Assembly (NCBI GenBank): GCA_016777845.1
Contig: JADHQS010000001.1
Coordinates: 3,573-67,572 of the forward strand
Direction of reading: 5' to 3'
DNA from: Candidatus Actinomarina sp.
GTDB taxonomy: Bacteria; Actinomycetota; Acidimicrobiia; Actinomarinales; Actinomarinaceae
Length of the DNA: 64,000 bases
Shown one piece after another: positions 25,452 to 35,571 of the stretch (positions are counted from its first letter, which is position 1; each line of letters opens with the position of its first letter). The position numbers were made by a program, and so were the translations under genes. The notes beneath the pieces were generated by a model. It saw nothing but the letters and a program-made list of their open reading frames with translations, was not told the DNA's origin and made no database searches.

Positions 25452-26065
25452 TGGCAAGGTATACAGGACCTAGAGTTAGAGTTTCAAGAAGGATAGGATT
25501 TAATGTTTTTGAAAATAGAAAAGGTGATAAAGCACTTCAAGATAGGCCTTATCCACCAGGTGAGAATGGTCGAAAACGAGTTAGAGAAACAGATTATGGT
25601 ACCCAGTTAAAAGAAAAACAAAAAGTACGATACATGTATGGTGTTCTTGAAAAACAGTTTAGAAATTATTATAAAGAAGCTACAAGAATGCCTGGTATTA
25701 CTGGTGAAAACCTCCTTATACTTCTTGAATCAAGGTTAGACAATGTTATATATAGAGCTGGGTTTGCTTCAACAAGGCCTCAAGCAAGGCAGTTAGTTTC
25801 TCATAGGCACTTTAAGCTAAACGGTAAATTTGTAGATGTTCCCTCACATAAGGTTAAACCAGGGGATGTTATTGAGATTAAAGATGCAAGCAATGATTTA
25901 ATTATTATCCAACATACTATTGATACTGGACAGGACAATGTAATACCTAGCTGGTTAGATGTAGATAATAAAAAGAAATCTGTAAAAATTAATGCTGAAC
26001 CTTCTAGGGGTGATGCAAGTTCGCAGATTGAAGAACAGTTAATAGTAGAGCTTTATTCGAAGTAA
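25451..26065 (+). CDS. rpsD: 30S ribosomal protein S4
   Basis: 204 aa S4. Confidence 0.95.
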   Translation: MARYTGPRVRVSRRIGFNVFENRKGDKALQDRPYPPGENGRKRVRETDYGTQLKEKQKVRYMYGVLEKQFRNYYKEATRMPGITGENLLILLESRLDNVIYRAGFASTRPQARQLVSHRHFKLNGKFVDVPSHKVKPGDVIEIKDASNDLIIIQHTIDTGQDNVIPSWLDVDNKKKSVKINAEPSRGDASSQIEEQLIVELYSK

Positions 26066-26086
26066 ACATTTGAGAGGAGAAATAAA

Positions 26087-27046
26087 ATGTTAATGTTACA
26101 AAGACCTGAAATTACCCAGGAAGAGCTTGGTAAAAATAGAACAAAGTTTGTAATCGAACCCTTAGAACCAGGATTTGGTCTTACCTTAGGCAATACAATG
26201 AGAAGAGCGTTGCTTTCTAGAGTTCCAGGAGTAGCTGTAACTGGAATCAAAATTGATGGAGTAAATCATGAATTTACATCAATACCAGGAGTTGTAGAAG
26301 ACGTTTTGGACTTACTTCTAAATTTAAAAAGACTAGTTCTAAAGGTTGACGATCAAGAAAGTCACACACTTACTGTTAAAGCCAAAGGTCCAGGAGATGT
26401 TCTCGCAGCACAAATCCAATGTCCTGCTGGAGTTGAAGTCGTGAATACTGATATGAAAGTATGCACATTGTCAGACAACTCTACTCTTGATATGGAAGTT
26501 TCAATAGCACATGGAGTAGGTTATAGATTGGCTGATAAAAATAAAACAAGCGATTCAAACTTCATACCAATTGACTCTATTTTTTCTCCAATTGTAAAAG
26601 TGAGCTATGGAGTTTCACCTACACAGGTTGGTCAAGTAACTGACTACGATAAGTTAACTTTAGATGTTGAAACTGATGGTTCAATTGAGCCAAGCGAAGC
26701 AATCTCATCAGTTGGAAAAACTCTTGGTGAATTATGGAAGCTTTTTGCAGATATTGATGAGGGGGTTGGATTAGAACTTGGAGAATTAACTATTTCTGAA
26801 GGAAGTTCTCCTGATCTCTCATTATCAGTTGATGCACTAGATTTATCTGAAAGACCAAGAAATTGTCTAGGTAGAGAAAATATAACTACAGTTGGTCAAA
26901 TTCTTGAATATACAGAAGATGATTTGCTAAACCTAACTAACTTTGGACAAAAAAGTTTAGATGAATTAGTTGCAAAGCTTGATGAGCTCGGACTCAGCCT
27001 TCCAACGAGTTCTGATCTTGACTCAGGAGATATGGCTGATGCCTAA
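26087..27046 (+). CDS. rpoA: DNA-directed RNA polymerase alpha subunit
   Basis: 319 aa, N-terminal dimerisation domain plus C-terminal domain. Confidence 0.95.
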   Translation: MLMLQRPEITQEELGKNRTKFVIEPLEPGFGLTLGNTMRRALLSRVPGVAVTGIKIDGVNHEFTSIPGVVEDVLDLLLNLKRLVLKVDDQESHTLTVKAKGPGDVLAAQIQCPAGVEVVNTDMKVCTLSDNSTLDMEVSIAHGVGYRLADKNKTSDSNFIPIDSIFSPIVKVSYGVSPTQVGQVTDYDKLTLDVETDGSIEPSEAISSVGKTLGELWKLFADIDEGVGLELGELTISEGSSPDLSLSVDALDLSERPRNCLGRENITTVGQILEYTEDDLLNLTNFGQKSLDELVAKLDELGLSLPTSSDLDSGDMADA

Positions 27047-27389
27047 ACCTACTAAAGGTAAAAGGCTTGGAGGTTCTTCTTCACATGAGGATCAAATTAT
27101 TAGTAATTTAATCAGTGCTTTAATTGAACATGAAAAAATTGAAACAACAGTTACAAAAGCTAAAACTGTAAAGCCTTATGCAGAAAAGGTTATTACAAAA
27201 GCAAAAAGTGGCACTCTTCATGATAGAAGACAAGTGTTAAAAATAATTCAAAACAAATCTGTTGTTGCAAAACTTTTTGATGAAATTGGTCCAAAGTATG
27301 AAGACAGAAACGGTGGATATACTAGGATTACAAGAACTACATATAGACAAGGTGATGGCACAGAGCTAGCTGTATTAGAACTAGTCTAA
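27039..27389 (+). CDS. rplQ: 50S ribosomal protein L17
   Basis: ATG 27039 gives [16 protein letters not shown]..., the L17 N-terminus; overlaps rpoA end by 8 nt. Confidence 0.92.
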   Translation: MPKPTKGKRLGGSSSHEDQIISNLISALIEHEKIETTVTKAKTVKPYAEKVITKAKSGTLHDRRQVLKIIQNKSVVAKLFDEIGPKYEDRNGGYTRITRTTYRQGDGTELAVLELV

Positions 27390-27391
27390 AT

Positions 27392-27937
27392 TTGAATTCT
27401 TTAAAAGATATCTGGTCACAATTTCAAAAATTTATTAGATTAAATCAAGATGTGTTTATCAGATTCAGTAATGATAGATATGAGTCTGGAAACTCACTTA
27501 TAGTAGTGCTGGTAAGCCTTCTAAGTATTTATGTTCCATTTATCCTGAATTCAAGCTCAACAAACATTAGCGATATTGTTTTTTACGGATTAGTAGACGG
27601 TGTTTTTGCTTGGTTGTTTGCAACTCTTGCTTCATGGTTTTTACTAACAAGGGCATTTAATACGATTATTGAAATTACTAATCTTTTAATTTTTACAGGA
27701 TACACTCATGGGCTTCTCTGTATTTTTGGGATAATTATTTTTATTAATAATTACTTTTCTATTCCGCAAAATATATTTCAACTTTTAACTTTATTAATAT
27801 TTGGTTGGATGTATTTTGTATTAACTAAAGCACTTGCAACTGCCTTCCTTCTTGAAAAAAGAACATCAAGTATTGCCTCTGTAACATTTTTAGCTATCTT
27901 AATATTTTTTTCTGATCCAATTCGTATTTTTGTTTAA
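27392..27937 (+). CDS. hypothetical integral membrane protein (4-5 TM)
   Basis: 181 aa, several hydrophobic helices, no recognisable motif; inserted between rplQ and truA. Confidence 0.5.
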   Translation: MNSLKDIWSQFQKFIRLNQDVFIRFSNDRYESGNSLIVVLVSLLSIYVPFILNSSSTNISDIVFYGLVDGVFAWLFATLASWFLLTRAFNTIIEITNLLIFTGYTHGLLCIFGIIIFINNYFSIPQNIFQLLTLLIFGWMYFVLTKALATAFLLEKRTSSIASVTFLAILIFFSDPIRIFV

Positions 27938-28662
27938 TGCAAAACTACAAGTTAATTATTTCCTACGATGGAACTAAATTCCACGGTTTTCAAATACAAA
28001 AAGATAAAATAACCGTACAAGGGGAATTCCAAAAAGCAATAGAAATATTTACTGAAAAATATGAATTGAATTACTCTGGCAGAACAGATGCAGGTGTCCA
28101 TGCTAAAGCGCAAGTAATAAACATAAAAACAGAATTAGCTATTAACAACAAAATAATAAATTCTTTAAATAATATTTTAGGTTCCAAAATCTCTATAAAT
28201 TCTTTTAAGACAGTAAAAGACAGCTTCCACGCTAGGTATGACGCATTTGAGAGAACTTATAAATATTTTTTGTCAGATATTAATCAGCAATATCCTTATT
28301 TAAGCAATCACTCTTATATTTATCCAAAGAAATTAGATTTAAAAAAACTAAACTATGTATCAAAGGTGTTTGTAGGTGAACATAATTTTTCTTCTTTTTC
28401 AAAACTTGATGTAAATAAAAACCCAAATAGACAAATATACAAGAGCAACTGGGTAAAAAAGCGTGATTATTTTGAGTATACAATTACTGGTAACTCTTTT
28501 TTGAGAAACATGGTGCGTAATTTAGTTGGTGTTCAAATAGCTTATTGTGAGGATAAAGTCACATATAGTGAAATTTCTAAAAATCTTCTTAATCCTAAAG
28601 AAGAAAGGCTAAACTACTTAGCTCCTCCAAATGGCTTAGTACTTTGGAATGTTAAATACTAG
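27937..28662 (+). CDS. truA: tRNA pseudouridine(38-40) synthase
   Basis: 241 aa; YDGTKFHGFQ and RTDAGVHA catalytic Asp motif. Confidence 0.92.
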   Translation: MQNYKLIISYDGTKFHGFQIQKDKITVQGEFQKAIEIFTEKYELNYSGRTDAGVHAKAQVINIKTELAINNKIINSLNNILGSKISINSFKTVKDSFHARYDAFERTYKYFLSDINQQYPYLSNHSYIYPKKLDLKKLNYVSKVFVGEHNFSSFSKLDVNKNPNRQIYKSNWVKKRDYFEYTITGNSFLRNMVRNLVGVQIAYCEDKVTYSEISKNLLNPKEERLNYLAPPNGLVLWNVKY

Positions 28663-28723
28663 TTTTCATAAATATAAATGCACTTTATACTAGTAGTTCG
28701 TTACAATTCAAAAAGATTGATAA

Positions 28724-29185
28724 ATGAATACTAAAACAACATTTAAAGGCATAGAGGCTTCTGAGCGCGAATGGCACTTGGTTGATGCATCTGGACTACC
28801 TATAGGTCGCTTAGCGAGTGAATTAGCTCAAATTTTACGTGGTAAGCACAAACCACAGTATGCTCCCCATTTAGATGTCGGTGATCATGTTGTTGTAATA
28901 AATGCAGGAAAAATTGCAATTACTTCAAAAAAACCTGAACAAAAAATGTATCATTCTCACTCTGGTTATCCTGGAGGAATAAAGTCTGAAAGTTTTAATT
29001 CATTAAGACAAAGAAAGCCTGAAAAAATAATAGAAAGAGCGGTATGGGGAATGCTTCCAAAAAATCGACTAGGAAGAGCTGTACTAAAAAAGTTACATAT
29101 TTATCCTGGTGCAAACCATCCTCACCAAAGCCAAAACCCAAGAGAATTAGTTTTTAACATAAAGAAAGTTGAAGAAAATGCCTGA
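28724..29185 (+). CDS. rplM: 50S ribosomal protein L13
   Basis: 153 aa L13. Confidence 0.93.
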   Translation: MNTKTTFKGIEASEREWHLVDASGLPIGRLASELAQILRGKHKPQYAPHLDVGDHVVVINAGKIAITSKKPEQKMYHSHSGYPGGIKSESFNSLRQRKPEKIIERAVWGMLPKNRLGRAVLKKLHIYPGANHPHQSQNPRELVFNIKKVEENA

Positions 29186-29567
29186 TAATTTTTACGGAAC
29201 AGGAAGAAGAAAATCTTCTGTAGCAAGAGTAACTATTACTGAAGGAAACGGCAAGTTTACATTTAATGGTAAAGATTTAGCACAATACTTTCCAAGCCCG
29301 TCAATGAAAATGACAATAGAAAAACCGTTTAAGGTGGTTTCTCTTGAAGGTAAATTTGATATGGTCGTTAATGTAAGCGGAAGTGGACTTTCTGCACAAT
29401 CAGATGCAGTAGCTCTTGGAATATCCAGAGCATTAATAAAAATGGATCCTGAACTAAGGCCAAAGCTTAAGAAGGCAGGACTTCTAACACGGGATGCTCG
29501 CAAGGTCGAAAGAAAGAAATACGGTCTTAAAAAAGCTAGAAGAGCTGAACAGTTTACTAAGAGATAA
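29169..29567 (+). CDS. rpsI: 30S ribosomal protein S9
   Basis: 132 aa S9, C-terminal ...RRAEQFTKR. Confidence 0.93.
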   Translation: MKKMPDNFYGTGRRKSSVARVTITEGNGKFTFNGKDLAQYFPSPSMKMTIEKPFKVVSLEGKFDMVVNVSGSGLSAQSDAVALGISRALIKMDPELRPKLKKAGLLTRDARKVERKKYGLKKARRAEQFTKR

Positions 29568-29575
29568 AAAACAAA

Positions 29576-30883
29576 TTGAAGAAATATTTCGGTACCGATG
29601 GAATCCGAGGTATTCCAAATAAAAATTTAACCAAAGAAATAGTTGCTAATGTTGCCTGTTCTGTTGAGGATATTTTACAACCAACTTCTGTTGCTGTTAT
29701 TTTAGATACCCGCGATTCTTCATTAGAAATATTAGATTGGATCTGTGAAGGATTTTCAGAAAATATTGAAGTAATTAATTATGGAATATTACCTTCAGGA
29801 TCTATGCCCGTATTGCTAGAAAATTTTGGACATAATCTTGGAATTATAATTTCAGCTTCACATAATCCGAGTGAATATAACGGTATTAAATTAATTGACG
29901 AAAATGGTTCTAAGCTTCAAGACGAAATTGAAATTAAAATTGAAGCAAATATAGAAAATATTCTTTTACCAAGTGCACACACTAGTTATAAAGAATCTGA
30001 AGAAGGATATAAAGTTTATTTTGAGTTTCTTAACCAGATTCTTGATTTTGAATTAACATCTTTTAATTTACTTATTGATAGTGCAAATGGTTCTGCATAC
30101 AAAATAATAGATGAGTTATTAAAAGACAGTGACGCTAAGTATAAAATGATTGCAAATGAGCCTAATGGAGAAAATATAAATCTAGCCAGTGGAGCTACAC
30201 ATACAGAAAATTTAATAAAAAATCTAAAAAAAGGAGAAATTGGAGCTGCATTTGATGGAGATGCAGACAGGCTCATAATGGTTGATGAAAACGGTATTAC
30301 TTGTAATGGAGATATCTTAATATTATTAATTGCTAAATATTTATCCTCTACTAATCAACTCAACAATGACGTCGTGGTTTCAACTGTTATGTCTAATTTT
30401 GGATTTAAAAATGCAATGGAAAAAAATAATTTTAAAAATATTGAAACAGCTGTTGGAGATAAATATGTGGCCGAAGCAATGTTAGAAAGCAACGCTTCTA
30501 TTGGTGGAGAGCAATCTGGACATATAATAATTTCAGACAAGCTTCCAGTAGGTGATGGTCTTCTTACTTTAATTTATTCTTTAAAAGCTTTATCATTCTT
30601 TAAGACTACTTTATCTCAATTTCGTGAGGATAATATTAAAGAGTATCCACAACAGCTAATCAACATAGAACTTAAAAATATGCCGGATATAAACCAACTA
30701 GAAGAATTAGACAATATTGCAAAGACACTGTCAGAGGAAGAAAATTTAGACGGCAGATACTTAATAAGAAATTCTGGTACAGAACCACTTCTTAGAGTTC
30801 TTGTCGAGGCCAGTGAGGAAGAGTCTGTTGAGAAATTCAGTGAAAACTTAGTCAACAAAATTAAAAACTTCTTACAAACTTAA
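29576..30883 (+). CDS. glmM: phosphoglucosamine mutase
   Basis: 435 aa; FGTDGIRG N-terminus, active-site SASHNP. Confidence 0.93.
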   Translation: MKKYFGTDGIRGIPNKNLTKEIVANVACSVEDILQPTSVAVILDTRDSSLEILDWICEGFSENIEVINYGILPSGSMPVLLENFGHNLGIIISASHNPSEYNGIKLIDENGSKLQDEIEIKIEANIENILLPSAHTSYKESEEGYKVYFEFLNQILDFELTSFNLLIDSANGSAYKIIDELLKDSDAKYKMIANEPNGENINLASGATHTENLIKNLKKGEIGAAFDGDADRLIMVDENGITCNGDILILLIAKYLSSTNQLNNDVVVSTVMSNFGFKNAMEKNNFKNIETAVGDKYVAEAMLESNASIGGEQSGHIIISDKLPVGDGLLTLIYSLKALSFFKTTLSQFREDNIKEYPQQLINIELKNMPDINQLEELDNIAKTLSEEENLDGRYLIRNSGTEPLLRVLVEASEEESVEKFSENLVNKIKNFLQT

Positions 30884-30911
30884 ATTAGTTTCTTATAATT
30901 ATAATAACGAG

Positions 30912-31082
30912 CAATTAGCGCCAGGCCTTGAAAAAGGTGACGAGGAAGTATGTTATCGAAACATTCGGCGGATGCATACTCGGCTCTGCAGTCGTAATAA
31001 ATTGTTTAAAAACATAGAGAGATCTGTGAACAGAAACAATTTAAAGCAGTCTTTATTACAACCTGCTCGTTGGAATGGAGAT
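30912..31082 (+). ncRNA. glmS ribozyme (GlcN6P-responsive self-cleaving riboswitch) in glmS 5' leader
   Basis: A/GCGCCAG cleavage-site motif at 30917-30924, P1 CCUU-GAAA-AAGG, UGACGAGGA, UUAUCGAA-ACA-UUCGGCGGAUGC, P2 strands AGUAUG/CAUACU covarying relative to Bacillus GGAGG/CCUCC. Confidence 0.85.
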
Positions 31083-31085
31083 ATA

Positions 31086-32882
31086 ATGTGTGGAATAGTA
31101 GGGTATTCAGGCCCAAAAGAACCATTACCAATTCTAATTAATGGTTTATCACGTTTAGAGTATCGAGGATACGATTCAGCTGGTATTGCAATTTCTGATG
31201 GTAACAAGATTATTGTTGAAAAAAAAGAAGGTAAACTCGACGTTTTAAAAAATCATTTAAAAGATAGCAACATTAAAGGAAATTTAGGAATTGGTCATAC
31301 AAGATGGGCAACTCATGGAGTTCCAAATGATGTTAATGCACATCCACATTCTGACAATAGTGAAGAATTTGCAATTATTCATAATGGAATAATCGAGAAC
31401 TATGCAGAAATTAAAAAAGATCTTTTAGAAAAAGGTTTTAAATTTAAATCTGATACTGACACAGAGGTTGTTGCAGTTGAATTAAGTCGAAAATGGAATG
31501 GGCAATTGTTGAAAACTGTTACTGATGTAGCAAAAACTTTAGAAGGAACATATGCTCTTGTAGTAACTACTACAAGAGAAGAAGGAACAATTGTAGCAGG
31601 CCGTTTAATGAGCCCTCTTGTTTTAGGTGTTGGAGAAAACGAAGTATTCCTAGCATCTGATGCAGCAGCTATTTTAGAACACACAAATAAAATGATTTTT
31701 CTTGAAAATGGAGATTTTGTAGAAATTAAAAATGGTCAGTATAAGTTGTTTGATTCAGAACTGAATGAGATTGAAAGAGAAATTCAAGAAATAGACTGGG
31801 AGGTTTCCGAAGCTGAAAAACTAGGGTATGACCACTTTATGTATAAAGAAATACTTGAACAGTCAGAAGTAATAGAACGAACCATTTCTGGAAGACTTGA
31901 AAAAAATTCTAAAGAAATTCCAATTAAGCAAGATGAAGCATCAAAGTATGAAAAAATTTGGATAGTTGCATGCGGTACTGCTTACCATGCTGGTTTATTC
32001 GGAAAAGACATATTTGAAAAAGTTCTAGGAGTACCAGTCAGTGTTGAACTTGCTTCAGAATTTAGATATAGAGAACCAATAGTTGGCGAAAACGATTTAG
32101 GCATTGTAATTTCACAATCTGGTGAAACCATGGACACAATTGCTGCTACTGAGCTCTTAAAGGAAAATGGTGCCCATGTGCTTGCTTTAGTTAATGTTGT
32201 GGGTAGCTCTTTAGCAAGAATGGCTGACAGTGTTTTTTATTTACACGTTGGCCCAGAAATAGGTGTGGCTTCAACTAAAGCTTATCTTGGAATGTTAGTT
32301 GGACAATTACTTTTAGCTAAACATTGGGATTCTGCAAATAAATTAGATGTTTCTTTTAATGAGATTGCCGAGCTACCAAAATTGATTCAAGAGACTATGG
32401 CTTGTGAGAAACAAATAAAAGAAATATCTGAAATAATTTGTAAAAAAAATGATATTTATTTTATTGGTAGAGGACTAGATTATGCACTTGCAGCAGAAGG
32501 TGCTTTAAAATTAAAAGAGATTTCTTACTTACATGCAGAAGCTTTAGCAGCTGGAGAACTAAAACACGGAACTTTAGCTTTAATTGAAGAAGGTACTCCA
32601 ATAATCGTAACTGCTAGTCAAAATCATTTGTTAGACAAAACAACTAGTAACGTACAAGAGGTTATTGCTAGAGGCGCTTATGTCATAGCAATTGGTGATA
32701 ATCAATCAGAAAAATTAGAAAATATATCTGATGAATATGTCACCCTTCCAGATAGTAATGAAATTTTAACTACAGTTATATCTATAATTCCACTCCAGTT
32801 CATTGCATATCATGTTGCAAATCTAAACGGAGAGTCTATAGATCAGCCAAGAAACTTAGCTAAATCTGTAACTGTTGAATAA
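31086..32882 (+). CDS. glmS: glutamine--fructose-6-phosphate aminotransferase (isomerising)
   Basis: ATG 31086 gives MCGIVGY (N-terminal nucleophile Cys2); two SIS domains; ends ...VTVE. ORF-track start 30972 is an artefactual extension through the ribozyme. Confidence 0.95.
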   Translation: MCGIVGYSGPKEPLPILINGLSRLEYRGYDSAGIAISDGNKIIVEKKEGKLDVLKNHLKDSNIKGNLGIGHTRWATHGVPNDVNAHPHSDNSEEFAIIHNGIIENYAEIKKDLLEKGFKFKSDTDTEVVAVELSRKWNGQLLKTVTDVAKTLEGTYALVVTTTREEGTIVAGRLMSPLVLGVGENEVFLASDAAAILEHTNKMIFLENGDFVEIKNGQYKLFDSELNEIEREIQEIDWEVSEAEKLGYDHFMYKEILEQSEVIERTISGRLEKNSKEIPIKQDEASKYEKIWIVACGTAYHAGLFGKDIFEKVLGVPVSVELASEFRYREPIVGENDLGIVISQSGETMDTIAATELLKENGAHVLALVNVVGSSLARMADSVFYLHVGPEIGVASTKAYLGMLVGQLLLAKHWDSANKLDVSFNEIAELPKLIQETMACEKQIKEISEIICKKNDIYFIGRGLDYALAAEGALKLKEISYLHAEALAAGELKHGTLALIEEGTPIIVTASQNHLLDKTTSNVQEVIARGAYVIAIGDNQSEKLENISDEYVTLPDSNEILTTVISIIPLQFIAYHVANLNGESIDQPRNLAKSVTVE

Positions 32883-32958
32883 TTTGATAATTATCTTTAT
32901 TCTCGATATATGAGTAAAAAAGAACTTAACATCTCTTTTAAATTGGTGGAAGACAAAA

Positions 32959-34038
32959 ATGGATAGAGGATTTATATATATTAATAATTCAAATTTAATT
33001 AACAATTTAAATTTTCTTAAAGTTACTACAAAGAAAGAATTGTGTCTTGTTGTAAAAGCAAATGCTTATGGACATGGATTAGAGTGGGCTGTAAAAAATG
33101 CAAAAAAATTTGGTGTCAAGTGGTTTGCTGTTGCTTCTGTTGATGAAGGAATTCAAGTTAAAAAAGTATTTGGAGAATCACGTGTATTATTACTTGCTGA
33201 ACCTTCAAAAACTCAGTTGGAAAATATAAAGGAAAATGTTTTAGATCTTACTGTATACAACGAAAGCTTTATTGATGCTTTAATTGAGACAGGAGATGAA
33301 TATAGTGTTCATCTCAAAATAGATACTGGAATGCACAGATTAGGATGTCCTCCAGAGAAGTTTAATGACTTATATAAAAAAATAATAAGCTCAAATTTAA
33401 AACTTGTAGGTATTTGTACACACTTTCCTATGGCGGATACTGATGTAACCGAGACAAAAAAATCAATTGAATTATTTGAAAAGACTATTTTAGATATAGA
33501 TCTAACTGATATGCTTTTGCATGTAGACAATTCAGCATCATCTTTATACAATCTCGAAAATTCTTTTAACATGACAAGAGTTGGTATTGCTGCATATGGT
33601 GTCGAAATTACAGCAGTTGAACATAAAAATGAACTGTTACCAATTATGGAAATCAAAACAAGAATCTCAAATTTGCAATTAAGAAAAAAAGGCGATGCAG
33701 TTTCTTATGGAAAAGCAAAAACACTATCTAGAGACTCAATTATTGCGACTGCACCTATTGGGTATGGTGATGGCTATCCTTGGAATTCATTTCCTGATGG
33801 AAAAGTCATTGTAAATAATCAATTTTGTAATTTAATTGGCCGGGTGACAATGGATCAAATATTATTTGATGTTACAGATGTAAATGTTCAAATCGATGAT
33901 GAAGTAACTGTTCTAGGTAATTCTACAGATGGTAAGTTGAATATTTCTGTTTCTGACATTGCCCAATGGAATAAAACAATTGAGTGGGAAATTTTGACTA
34001 ATATGTCTAAAAGACTTGAAAGAATTGAAGTTGAGTAA
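32959..34038 (+). CDS. alr: alanine racemase
   Basis: 359 aa; PLP-Lys motif VVKANAYGHG. Confidence 0.9.
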   Translation: MDRGFIYINNSNLINNLNFLKVTTKKELCLVVKANAYGHGLEWAVKNAKKFGVKWFAVASVDEGIQVKKVFGESRVLLLAEPSKTQLENIKENVLDLTVYNESFIDALIETGDEYSVHLKIDTGMHRLGCPPEKFNDLYKKIISSNLKLVGICTHFPMADTDVTETKKSIELFEKTILDIDLTDMLLHVDNSASSLYNLENSFNMTRVGIAAYGVEITAVEHKNELLPIMEIKTRISNLQLRKKGDAVSYGKAKTLSRDSIIATAPIGYGDGYPWNSFPDGKVIVNNQFCNLIGRVTMDQILFDVTDVNVQIDDEVTVLGNSTDGKLNISVSDIAQWNKTIEWEILTNMSKRLERIEVE

Positions 34039-34438
34039 TTTAATTAAAGAAGATGATTTAGATAGCTTTCTTGACAGTTATTTAAAAAGATTGATTCTTC
34101 CAAAAATTATTGGATTGGCAGGTCCTCTAGGTGCAGGCAAAACTACACTTGCGAAAAAAATTATAAAATTTTTTGGTTGTAATGATGTTGTCACTTCTCC
34201 AACTTTTAACATTGTCAAAAATTATGAAGTTGGCGAAATAAAAATATTTCATGTAGATTTATATCGTCTCGGTAGTTGGTCAGAGTTTATTGATTTAGAT
34301 TTACCTTTAAATGAAGAAAATACTTTAGTAGTAATTGAGTGGGCAAATTTAATGGCTGAAGCAAATATTCCTATAATGGATTTGATTGAAATTAATATAG
34401 TCGATGAACATACTAGAGAGATTTTTATAAATGCATAG
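34016..34438 (+). CDS. tsaE: tRNA t6A37 threonylcarbamoyladenosine biosynthesis protein TsaE
   Basis: 140 aa; P-loop GPLGAGKTT; conserved position after alr. Confidence 0.85.
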   Translation: MKELKLSNLIKEDDLDSFLDSYLKRLILPKIIGLAGPLGAGKTTLAKKIIKFFGCNDVVTSPTFNIVKNYEVGEIKIFHVDLYRLGSWSEFIDLDLPLNEENTLVVIEWANLMAEANIPIMDLIEINIVDEHTREIFINA

Positions 34439-35135
34439 CTTATCCATTTCAACTTCAGGAAAATATATATCTGTAGCCATTCACGATGATAAGTTGATTT
34501 CTAGCAGCTCTGTTTTATCAGAAAATGGTACTACGAATTTATTGATGAAATCAATCGATGAAATAACCAAGAAGTCAAGAATAGAGAAGTCCAATATGAA
34601 TGTAGTGTATCTTGATATTGGCCCTGGTTATTATACAAGTCTAAGAATTGGATTAGCAGTAGCACAAGGAGTATGTGGCAGTCTAGGAATTCCATTAGTA
34701 CCTGTAAATGGACTCGATGCGCTAGCTTTCGCAGCGCACACTGGCCATAGAAAAATTTGTACAATTATTGACATTAAGAGAGAGGAATATGCTTTTTGTT
34801 TATATAAGCCAGTACCGGGTGGAGTTGTCAGAGATTCTGAGCCAGAGGTTCTAAATGCTGAAAACCTTAAGATTAAATTAAAAGAAGATAATGATAAAAA
34901 ACTTGTAGTAGGAGATTGGCACAGTTTGAGTGAAAATTTATTTGGTGAAAATTCATACATTAAATTTGGGTCTCCTGAACATGTATCGTCTGAAAATATT
35001 TTTAATATTGGAAAAGAATTATTTAAAAATAATGATTATCCAAATTTTAACGAAGTCAGGCTTGAATATATGAGAGAACCAGACGTATCCTTTTCAACAA
35101 AAAGTTTAGAAGGTAAGATTAACTTCCATGATTAA
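34431..35135 (+). CDS. tsaB: tRNA t6A37 biosynthesis protein TsaB
   Basis: 234 aa YeaZ/TsaB ASKHA fold; conserved synteny. Confidence 0.8.
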   Translation: MHSLSISTSGKYISVAIHDDKLISSSSVLSENGTTNLLMKSIDEITKKSRIEKSNMNVVYLDIGPGYYTSLRIGLAVAQGVCGSLGIPLVPVNGLDALAFAAHTGHRKICTIIDIKREEYAFCLYKPVPGGVVRDSEPEVLNAENLKIKLKEDNDKKLVVGDWHSLSENLFGENSYIKFGSPEHVSSENIFNIGKELFKNNDYPNFNEVRLEYMREPDVSFSTKSLEGKINFHD

Positions 35136-35571
35136 GATAATTGAAAAATCAACAATTGAATTAGCAGAAAAGTTGGCAAAATTAGAAAAAAATTTATTTG
35201 AGTCTGCTTGGGATTGTGTTGTGATTAACAACAAAATTAATAATGGAGAGTTTGTATATTGGGTTTTTGAGCAAGACAATCAAATTGTTGGATATCTTGC
35301 AATTCAAAAAACATTTTTTGATATTCATATTTTAGGAATTGGAGTTTTGGAAAGTCATAGAAATAATTCAATTGCAAAAAGTCTTACACAGGAACTAATT
35401 TCTTATTTTGAGGTATCTGATTTTAACAAAATATTATTGGAAGTCAGGCAGTCAAACGATATAGCTATGAGTTTGTATAAGTCATTTGGATTCAAGCAAT
35501 ATGGTGTAAGAAAAAATTATTATGTAAACGAAGATGCTAACTTATTTCACTTGGAAAAAATTTATGCTTGA
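35128..35571 (+). CDS. rimI: ribosomal-protein-alanine N-acetyltransferase (GNAT)
   Basis: 147 aa GNAT fold; conserved tsaB-rimI-tsaD synteny. Confidence 0.8.
   Translation: MIKIIEKSTIELAEKLAKLEKNLFESAWDCVVINNKINNGEFVYWVFEQDNQIVGYLAIQKTFFDIHILGIGVLESHRNNSIAKSLTQELISYFEVSDFNKILLEVRQSNDIAMSLYKSFGFKQYGVRKNYYVNEDANLFHLEKIYA

Noticed and set aside
30972-31085. ORF-track N-terminal extension of glmS (MHTRLCSRNKLFKN…)
   Set aside because: GlmS must begin with Met-Cys (MCGIVGY at 31086). The upstream stretch is the glmS ribozyme, not coding sequence.
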